DNA of 13,056 nucleotides from Armatimonadota bacterium (GTDB lineage Bacteria; Vulcanimicrobiota; JACPDS01; JBDRKI01): NCBI GenBank assembly GCA_043814095.1, contig JBDRKI010000090.1, positions 1 to 13,056 of the forward strand, read 5' to 3'. Shown piece by piece: positions 9,301 to 13,056 of this stretch (position 1 is its first letter; each line of letters starts with the position of its first letter). The notes under the pieces were generated by a model. It saw only the letters and a program-made list of their open reading frames with translations, ran no database searches and was not told where the DNA came from. The position numbers and the translations under genes were made by a program.

Positions 9301-11656
9301 ACGCAGGCGCTAACTCCGGCGGCAATAATGTTTTTGCCGCATCGGTAAGAATTCCCATAATACCTTTAGGTGATAACTTCCCAGGGAGAGAATTATTAGG
9401 AACAGACTTACCCTGCTTTGGAACTTTAGGATTTGCAACAGCTTTCCTTGTAGCTTTAACTAAAGCATATGAAGGCCTCTCTTTAGGATTCATGCCGCCA
9501 ACTACAGTATCAACTACCGAAGGATCGGGTATTGGATGAGACTTGGCTTTTACAGGCAGCTGTTCCGTAGGCGGGAGAGACTTTGGCTTAGCTTTTACGG
9601 GCTCGGCTTTACCTTCTGTAACTTTCACACTGGGCCTCTGGGCTCTGGGTGCTTTTCCTACTTTTTTTGCGGACATGCTTACAGGGAACCCGTCTTCGCC
9701 GAGCTCCATACCGTATTCCGATTCCCATACGGAACCTTTCTGCGTTACTACCCTTACTTTCTTTGGATTACCGTTAGAGTGCCTTTCTATCACATCCATT
9801 ATGCTTGCTTTTATACCTTCTCCTGAAGGAATAGATGATCTTGATACAACTCTAAATCTGCCGTTTTCAAATATAATTGCTTTGGTAAAAGCTAATTCGT
9901 TAATCTTACCGAATGCTTTAGGCCCGAATATTAAGCCCATTACCGTGCCCATAAGAAGGGCTCTTTCTTCAGATGAACCGTACTTCCATATCTTAACGGC
10001 TTCTGCTACATCTTTATCCAGTCTTGATAACCCCACTATGAATCTTGTCCATGAAACCGGGTTATAAAGGTGGCGGAAGAACATAAATATACCGTACATC
10101 TCAAGTAATGCGGTTTTCACTGTTTCATTATTTAACTTAGCTAATGAAGGGATAACAGCTATATCAAGATAAGAAAAGCCTTTCTCCATGATATTCCATT
10201 CATCAAGCTTAGCGCAGTAGCTTTCTATAGCCCTAGGAGATAAAACATCATGTACAGTCTTGTAAACCAGATGCCTCCCTTTTACCATGGTAAAATATGC
10301 CGCACTCCCGAAATTATTAGGTATAAGGGCTATGCGGGGCTTTAATACACCCTTAGAATCCTTACCGTCCATATATACATAAACCTGTCTCAGTTTACCT
10401 TCTGCTATCTCTCTTCTGTGTTTTGCTATAAATACGGCTAAAGATTTCCTATCACTTAATAAAGGACCTAATTTAGCATCTTTGTGTATCTCTGCTAAAA
10501 GCTTTGACGGGTTCATGAAATTAAGTTCCGCCCACCAGAGCTCAACCTGGGCCCATGCAGGAAGATCAACTTTTACATCCCTTACCTGTCTTGTAAAAGC
10601 CATATACTGATCTTCTGTCATATTCTCCCTGCAGAAGGTAATAAATCTTATTCTTTCACTCTTAGGCCAGTTTTTGTATGCGGTATTATTAAGGTAAGGA
10701 AATACAACCACATTATCAGGCATTGTGTATTTATGGAGGTATAATACTATTTCCTTAAACCTTCTTGCTTTTTTATCATGATAATCAGGTTCAATATTAT
10801 TAAGATTAACCCATAAGTTATCTTCTCTTTTTCCGTTATACCTGTTATCTTTAAGATTATTGTATATAGATAATAGTTTTTCTTTAGAACATCTCTGCTT
10901 AAGATTTGCAAAGAAACTATCAGCATGCTTCTTATCAATAAACCTTAACAGTCCCTTATCAAATAATGCATTATTGAATATTGTAAAGCCGTTTAATTTT
11001 GCTAAAGGCCTCACAGGGTGATAAAACATATCTCTCGTCTTAGCTATGTTAACAGGAGATTTAACAGGAGGTTTGTAATGGGCCTTAGCAACCCGGGCTC
11101 TTTTCTTAACCATTGCGGTGGCATTACTTAAATCTATATTTTTTTTGCCTGTATCACGGAATGTCCTTACAAACTGGTTAAATAAGTGAACGAATAATAC
11201 TTGATCTTTAGGCATCTTTCGGAAGCCGTACTGCTTATACAGATTATAAAGACCTTTATAACCGGCTTTCTGTAATGTAGATAAATAATCTTTACCTATA
11301 GAAGAGCATAATATTTTATTCATATTCTGCTGGTTAGCATACATATAATAGCTGGTATTTTTTATATGAAACTCATTGAATAAAGAAAAAAGAGCATCTT
11401 TTTTCTTTGAAAGATAGTCTGCTTTTTCCCGGGGAAGGTATTTTAATCTTCTCTGGTTATTTGCTAAGATCTGCCAGAGGCGAAAATCTTTCTTTTTAAG
11501 ATAATAAAGAAATTTTGTACCTATATCAGAATTTATATATTTATCAAAGTTTCTTTCATCAATAATAGAAAATTTATTATAAGGATTCTTTTTGGTTCTA
11601 GAATCCTTTATTATTCTTTCTACAGGATTATTTCTTAAGTGGTCGTAAATACCCAC
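1..11656 (-). CDS. Giant multidomain protein (>=3,885 aa, 3' end outside window): unknown N-terminal region, 4x helical repeat module, tandem M16 peptidase pair, two zincin-like domains
   Basis: Manual translation of the minus frame (codon first bases at positions = 1 mod 3) found no stop from GTG 11656 (MGIYDHLRNNPVERII...) to position 2 (...KPLKSFVDKF). An in-frame TAA lies a few codons upstream of the GTG, and an alternative TTG start is at 11668. Recognisable peptidase motifs fall in this frame. The ORF track gives no competing long ORF. Confidence 0.93.
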   Translation of the reverse strand, partial: MGIYDHLRNNPVERIIKDSRTKKNPYNKFSIIDERNFDKYINSDIGTKFLYYLKKKDFRLWQILANNQRRLKYLPREKADYLSKKKDALFSLFNEFHIKNTSYYMYANQQNMNKILCSSIGKDYLSTLQKAGYKGLYNLYKQYGFRKMPKDQVLFVHLFNQFVRTFRDTGKKNIDLSNATAMVKKRARVAKAHYKPPVKSPVNIAKTRDMFYHPVRPLAKLNGFTIFNNALFDKGLLRFIDKKHADSFFANLKQRCSKEKLLSIYNNLKDNRYNGKREDNLWVNLNNIEPDYHDKKARRFKEIVLYLHKYTMPDNVVVFPYLNNTAYKNWPKSERIRFITFCRENMTEDQYMAFTRQVRDVKVDLPAWAQVELWWAELNFMNPSKLLAEIHKDAKLGPLLSDRKSLAVFIAKHRREIAEGKLRQVYVYMDGKDSKGVLKPRIALIPNNFGSAAYFTMVKGRHLVYKTVHDVLSPRAIESYCAKLDEWNIMEKGFSYLDIAVIPSLAKLNNETVKTALLEMYGIFMFFRHLYNPVSWTRFIVGLSRLDKDVAEAVKIWKYGSSEERALLMGTVMGLIFGPKAFGKINELAFTKAIIFENGRFRVVSRSSIPSGEGIKASIMDVIERHSNGNPKKVRVVTQKGSVWESEYGMELGEDGFPVSMSAKKVGKAPRAQRPSVKVTEGKAEPVKAKPKSLPPTEQLPVKAKSHPIPDPSVVDTVVGGMNPKERPSYALVKATRKAVANPKVPKQGKSVPNNSLPGKLSPKGIMGILTDAAKTLLPPELAPASAAAGGSITRPGTPPVMAMEGNQGSGHGNESLSQKLTARFNSASSLADRMDIIQEACKNGLYGLAAGFYYKIGTQALDILESPDTSAARQEDALTVLGDVIADISNILDDVRNPEVAGKYLEELVDGYRACNEKDYIPAEVDGERVDFIDSGEEPPAGEDGFVSLEDPVETLNLYRNRKCTAAELKKYAQAAYSYSSGLMYYIDSHNIEHGVDIPGLLDIKGCCIDILTKARELNYPGRALNEVGKVFSNLLKIKKIAAPGIGSSSLSLERMNLSMLILEQYDLYLEDPLAVPGRFLNKFFLKAKADGKSKDDLLKIMDEALAALFKDYYLKSLTDDKIRGAMSLFINELIQTGKTEDSPISPAHAAAEQPAGMLDEDALSALKQMQEEAQIIQAALDRFFAARSLKEKMAIADEMYENDYTDLAIRLYAKFHDAAVNKMTGLEVYSQDWITTAAFLGGWSLKILNIRGEWPGHPLLNQFFDELGKEPYLSFWTDLNEKMQAFTVSPVIQRAIGEMADLAHERGAKKVSNMSVRDILTGMNSYKETDGLSAGFIKKYFSDNEILHNVHPELAIEYYKDILTKIKELGYPVELYKETAFTFKKLLDAYLDSDRVSDAYTNLEKYIRDLYDSYKKGEDKVYGDYLLTFLDGLRERGLLERVNFEEAAVELINIVFHDYFTERDVFRNPGMRSSLEKLIDDITEPGDINSGGDGGSPLSGGPPDRIGPTVIDIGPAGNEKGGGPGRPSGPSSSDEAQMRLMNDILEEFEQTYSISKRWELIEKAKGNRLYDLAAGLIYRIGNWEMNVLRSPGLPRTSIDHSVSVVRDVIKALWDIMDQVEHKTMVEDYIRFLQLGCKEHLSGSSGDRAFIKDPSRVSGLSRIDFESLNVYRDAECNPDILKKYANEATTHGYELLGAMGYARAEYSVDLETLRGYYIDILAKARELSYPANTFNEICMVFSQLMEIEKIKPSREGTVSRLASYMGLSSFVSKQLDFYTSGSKETASPSLFRYFSVLEDAETVSQMMDQCIMFLFKDYYAKGLTDKEVYKIMDSFIDGLLGNKAASSGKKELPGGGFAGLKASIPQKLNPYKNNRMPGDPVKHLQGYYKEARGLIEKSYDLMEDKVELRDGKPVLKVYRKDLDELDSVRRTVGEYYKDILLRTRALKYPPALTEQSLEVFDTLMDMYTGSDRVSQAYINLKRIITDLYTSYCNEGKISSCDDFMVEYFKIMHKEGCEVGDAEFKEMLEITIRSIFVAYYGNRNGLKNPQLRRNLEKFIDEITEPTDINTDPGGPPPSLPSGGGPPNGGTPSTRLGPFSLNKVMDKINEAASRFAGGLGLAPKPVTPQGIPMPVPSVMSMDAGTGHGTGKVSETFPVKAEQTSNINAPASVYNETVLPNGVKVITESNPVTNFVSVGVLVKVGSIHEASHQRGISHFLEHMAFKDTGKHTEATLNYDTEKISVLHNAQTSFDHTFYYMKVKKENLGKALELLEEMLLEKKITPEAVERERGPILAEIEMYNDSNSDKALQEMLKAVFEGGNLAEPLAGTEETVKAITPQDLKNFEETQYTPDKITVLAAGNLDHSDLVRLAGSKFGSLKGRSASKPEETLYITPKKSVVYKECEDVYLQLTTGIPLSDMSKEGMLKNQLFMSIIRIRLIHRLRTDENLAHNIDINPISLGSANLLVFSMETPRETLNRAIEVICDEMKDIMENGLTDEEFDTCKTSFKKMTLKDLEKPFSRMEDILLTELTGTEYRSPDEVIKMLEGITKEDVLEAASSYLNPNKYVWSVYGPLRENEVVIPGFKPEAPSLLEAACPVRPAPVSKAKVPETASVRPAEQAVCTEEVIDIPYAKTELPNGVKVITETHSGTKFVSLGIYVNMGTAYESETLKGISRIFTAMTGSRATENYDTKQLVGMTRRMLSDATADAGKEYMHFTVEVLKEDLEPALKLLYECFFRKKFDPNEVEMMKQTVLFKLKAIKDHPGLESDLEFGRAVFKDSPLGESGLGDESSVSNITSESLKQYTKENFPPGRIILACFGDVAHEDFVKMAEVEFGKLKGKAKPLAENTATVEPRKVVVYKECEKVYLDIAAQSLPQDSPMIELFKDRMFKSIFQKRLFKRLRSDSGLVYEVFEMSKLFKNSACLRISTSMLKEKVNRVIKLIIEEMEDIRKNGITEKDLELIKSGIVMEEAASIENPLYRNTTLGNNDLMGFEYMKDSEYIALAKSITVEDINRHCQRYLDPSKYLWHIYGPVTEEEVIVPCFDKPAPPEPRVKLVRTGIGSNYGADKPSAVTERGMEVNTDIPVDPANPRPPGNAAGFARAKDDMFPADKAAGTGKKGASQNTSSAVKIESDFISEAEKAGFIKILTSGKTMEEKVDLISDKLADIYTDRHSLVAKFRRKIHSEDYIEKVRRQVEFELADSGLTGDEADRETLQKVVDLTEKTAKEYLGCEDDLIFGMSCNVGMLEAKVQDLYIELRAILLNQGCGPSAREDIFTDNLVSGLNKRATRQKLKILLKDIPQPLLEFVRDKNILVMAYAEPMDKPVCYAAGEKLIVVSFEFLNDKNNFNRLKHDIIYNIFKVLRGDNEAFENLEEPYKKAYRIILFADKDGVGTPLFYEEIIAELVAGYYMEGNLPLELLSFIKGGLGGGEPLLRDAVKRMVDEIEKHTNTGKDEPAKSNKLSISKAKLEEGIQKARVPQESLEYRWGRLVKAAEAEVFEEDFPLTCEAIRRGGAASPEAKEEILEQYAAERMSRPYDSSKLVLDASAWSGLLKEYGTTEFVHKYIATHNMVESFIGSIISFEAFGFSRDNLKAVFLEFYRNEILYKSGKITAQEFEIIKTQLSMEIIFDCRKAAQEILLELNSENAALDLDMTTLKRLVSARKTSSFKDTLYSIHFLAGREIDSLSPEELNTLKFLLHYDKKVSYVNLINREKMNAMELLMVIGKTHKNSESFKCFMSGYKNRFDIVDFLKIEAESDILSVAVYNEFLNRGIIGRGSCIKDLFAGEVLSPMKVESVINNLKILPPELVNRIIENGYKIIFYTINISLYDIKRQGFKSENKAYIRGGEIETTWHEFAHLVSDYIFNRILAGKTENKPLKSFVDKF
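1320..1840 (-). other. Degenerate zincin-like domain, probably inactive, within giant CDS
   Basis: LLKDIPQPLLEFVRDKNILVMAY...RLKHDIIY (1586-1600)...FYEEIIAELVAGYY (EEIIAE at 1445-1462). The layout matches the intact HEXXH domains, but HEXXH is replaced by HDIIY. Confidence 0.5.
2558..3766 (-). other. Peptidase M16 unit 2, non-catalytic, within giant CDS (aa ~2631-3033)
   Basis: Collinear with unit 1 at a 1377-nt offset: KTELPNGVKVI...GISRIFTAM (RIFTA at 3620-3634 replaces HXXEH), RLFKRLRSDSGLVY (R/Y pair at 2927-2950), ITVEDI, YLDPSKYLWHIYGP. Confidence 0.9.
3938..5143 (-). other. Peptidase M16 unit 1 (N- and C-domains), predicted active, within giant CDS (aa ~2172-2573)
   Basis: ETVLPNGVKVI...VKVGSIHE...GISHFLEHMAFKDT (HFLEH at 4997-5011), NAQTSFDHTFYY, ERERGPILAE (E at 4769-4771, 76 residues after the second His, the usual M16 spacing), YTPDKITVLAAGN, ITKEDV. 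All are hallmark M16 motifs. Confidence 0.93.
5462..6055 (-). repeat. Helical repeat module, copy B2 (aa ~1868-2065; lacks the N-terminal sub-module)
   Basis: EYYKDILLRTRALKYP (5807-5854), SDRVSQAYINL, NPQLRRNLEKFIDEITEP. At DNA level, 5463-5505 matches 7197-7239 at 37 of 43 nt. Confidence 0.85.
6131..7045 (-). repeat. Helical repeat module, copy A2 (aa ~1538-1842)
   Basis: LYDLAAG, LNVYR..C....LKKYA, IDILAKARELSYP (6464-6502), LFKDYYAKGLTD; matches A1. Confidence 0.85.
7196..8152 (-). repeat. Helical repeat module, copy B1 (aa ~1169-1487)
   Basis: EYYKDILTKIKELGYP (7535-7582), SDRVSDAYTNL, NPGMRSSLEKLIDDITEP; matches B2. Confidence 0.85.
8246..9211 (-). repeat. Helical repeat module, copy A1 (aa ~816-1137)
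   Basis: Aligns by eye with A2: LYGLAAG, LNLYR..C....LKKYA, IDILTKARELNYP (8591-8629), LFKDYY.K.LTD. Confidence 0.85.
9215..9670 (-). other. Pro/Lys/Ala-rich low-complexity linker within giant CDS
   Basis: KKVGKAPRAQRPSVKVTEGKAEPVKAKPKSLPPTEQLPVKAKSHPIPDP...PPELAPASAAAGG...; composition typical of disordered linkers. Confidence 0.75.
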
Positions 11657-11659
11657 TTT

Positions 11660-11666
11660 CTCCCCC
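11660..11666 (-). promoter_or_regulatory. Shine-Dalgarno-like site for the giant CDS
   Basis: Minus strand reads TT-GGGGGAG-AAA-GTG, a purine-rich G run in an otherwise AT-rich stretch just upstream of the GTG. Confidence 0.65.
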
Positions 11667-11730
11667 AATAATATACAGTTTTATAATTTAATTATTATCT
11701 ATATACCGCTATTTTTATTCTAACAAACAT

Positions 11731-11796
11731 ATATTGCCAGAATATTGCCAAATTGTTACTAAATTGTTAACTTTTTACCCCTTTTAGTCCCCTTTT
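11731..11796. repeat. Three consecutive direct-repeat pairs, each with an 11-bp period
   Basis: ATATTGCCA at 11731 and 11742; AAATTGTTA at 11750 and 11761; CCCCTTTT at 11778 and 11789. Confidence 0.8.
11735..11751 (-). promoter_or_regulatory. Candidate sigma-54 (-24/-12) promoter element for the giant CDS
   Basis: Minus strand TTGGCAATATTCTGGCA has GG-N10-GC, compared with consensus TGGCAC-N5-TTGCW. It lies about 80 nt upstream of the GTG. The match may be a by-product of the 11-bp repeat. Confidence 0.3.
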
Positions 11797-13056
11797 TATA
11801 ATTCCAGGCGAGGTTCGGGAACTTCATTTTTATCTTTTAATATTAAATTCTTACATGCACAGTAATATATGTAGGGGTTGCGCCTTGAGAAATAGATATG
11901 CGGCTCAAGTGCAATCTGGTAAACCTGCTCTATATACCTCATATCTTTACGGGCAAAGCGGTGTGTCGCTATAGCCAGGTTTTTTATAAATCTACCTCTT
12001 CTGCTTACATCGGGATACTGGCTGAAGTACCTTTCAAGAAACTCCATCCCCCTGCTCCCCGGGCCTTCCAGCAGTTCTTTTTCTATAACTTCAACACTGT
12101 CTTCAAGCTTATAATCAGGCCCTACCCTTCTAATAAAGCTGAATAAAGTTGCGGCTGTTTCTTCAAATAACTCAACAGCGCCGGGGAACCCGGAAAGCAT
12201 CTCTTTTGCCATAAAATCATATCTTGCCTTATATTCAGGCCTGCTTTCTATCTCTTTACTTATTACCCTGTCTTTATTATCTAATTTATATGGGTTGTAT
12301 TTTTTACTTTCCGGGAAGATACGCTTTTTATAACCGGCAGCGCTTCTGAACCCGTGTGCCCCGTCAAATAAAGGATCAGATACTATCTCATTATCAGGAT
12401 TTTTCCATGCTCTGTGTCTGGGACTGCTTTCTTCCGGGGTCGCAGGTTTAACGGGTCCTTTACCGGGCGGTAATGCCTGATTGTTCTGTCGTCCCTGCAT
12501 TTTATCGTAAATACTCTTTAAAACTTTGTTTATTTCTAAAGTACTTTTGGAAGGAAGCCCTGAATATGTTATTATAATTTCCTGATTTTCCAGCGGCAGC
12601 TTAGGGTCATAGTGTTCCAGAAAACCGCCAAAGAATGAGGCAAAAAGTTCATCAAAATCTAGATCATCATCCTGTAAAGCAATCCTTGCTGGTAATTTTT
12701 CTTGCAGTATTTTTATTTCACCGCTCAGTATTTCAATTAAGCTGTCAATATGTAAAACCGAATGACCTATTTCATGAAATAAAGTATGGTAAGGATTATC
12801 TTTTCCGTAAAACCAGGCTTGCAACCCCCCTATACTGCTTAAATGCAGGATTGTTCTTATCGCAGAATAACACTTGCCGAATGTGAACCGCTGGATAGAA
12901 TTTTCTACTTTTAATAAAGAATCAATGTCTGTTTCTGAAAACTCATCAATTACTATAATTATCCATCCCTTTTCTTTCATATGTTCTATCTGTTTTCGGG
13001 GTAATTTTTTAAGCTCGTTTATTGTCTTCATTCTTTTTGAATAAGATATTGTACCC
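11796..13056 (-). CDS. C-terminal part (>=419 aa) of a protein with an HEXXH zincin-like metallopeptidase domain, a Pro-rich linker and a helical C-terminal module; 5' end probably outside window
   Basis: ORF track 11796..13031. The frame stays open upstream of that ATG to the window edge (GTISYSKR-MKTI). HTLFHEIGH has HEIGH at 12762-12776, with a downstream DELFA (12639-12653) supplying a candidate third zinc ligand. TAA at 11796-11798. Confidence 0.88.
   Translation of the reverse strand, partial: GTISYSKRMKTINELKKLPRKQIEHMKEKGWIIIVIDEFSETDIDSLLKVENSIQRFTFGKCYSAIRTILHLSSIGGLQAWFYGKDNPYHTLFHEIGHSVLHIDSLIEILSGEIKILQEKLPARIALQDDDLDFDELFASFFGGFLEHYDPKLPLENQEIIITYSGLPSKSTLEINKVLKSIYDKMQGRQNNQALPPGKGPVKPATPEESSPRHRAWKNPDNEIVSDPLFDGAHGFRSAAGYKKRIFPESKKYNPYKLDNKDRVISKEIESRPEYKARYDFMAKEMLSGFPGAVELFEETAATLFSFIRRVGPDYKLEDSVEVIEKELLEGPGSRGMEFLERYFSQYPDVSRRGRFIKNLAIATHRFARKDMRYIEQVYQIALEPHIYFSRRNPYIYYCACKNLILKDKNEVPEPRLEL

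Noticed and set aside
651-10067. About twenty short + strand ORFs (60-174 aa) in the ORF track
   Set aside because: All lie antisense to the giant minus-strand CDS. They have Ser/Phe/Ile-rich shadow-like composition and no recognisable motifs.
10747-10938. 63-aa minus-strand ORF
   Set aside because: It is out of frame and nested inside the giant CDS, with no independent evidence.
11107-11150. Possible frameshift at the T8 homopolymer (11139-11146), and similarly the C6 run at 7894-7899
   Set aside because: Careful base counting keeps the frame open through both runs (GKKNIDLSNATAMV; IRGEWPGHP). The runs are too short to argue for phase variation.
11657-11795. Intrinsic terminator, CRISPR array or IS end in the spacer
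   Set aside because: I found no GC-rich hairpin with a U-tract. The repeats are 8-9 bp pairs without spacers, and there is no transposase or terminal inverted repeat.
11898-12886. Two + strand ORFs (82 and 83 aa)
   Set aside because: Antisense shadows of the upstream zincin-containing CDS.
13029-13031. ATG at 13031 as the true start of the upstream gene
   Set aside because: The frame is open to the window edge, there is no clear SD before this ATG, and the ATG falls at the start of the zincin domain's first helix. The real start is probably further upstream.

Overview
Almost the whole window is coding on the minus strand. The supplied ORF track misses the main gene because its stop codon lies outside the window. 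By manual translation, one uninterrupted frame runs from a GTG at 11656 (preceded by GGGGGAG) off the left edge, giving at least 3,885 codons. This giant modular protein reads N to C as follows. (1) A basic, unrecognised N-terminal region ending in a GxxxGxxxG hydrophobic segment. (2) A Pro/Lys-rich linker. (3) Four diverged copies of an unrecognised helical module, in A-B-A-B order. (4) A fused pair of M16 (inverzincin) peptidase units, the first with HFLEH...E and the second catalytically dead but keeping the R/Y pair. (5) Two zincin-like domains, one degenerate (HDIIY) and one intact (HEFAH). Upstream on the same strand is the 3' end of another gene, open past the right edge. It has a related HEIGH zincin domain and probably a diverged copy of the same helical module. 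The 139-bp spacer between the genes holds three consecutive direct-repeat pairs with an 11-bp period, one forming a sigma-54-like GG-N10-GC. Overall this looks like a tandem locus of large multi-protease modular proteins, possibly effector or toxin-like, although that function is inference. The short + strand ORFs are antisense shadows.
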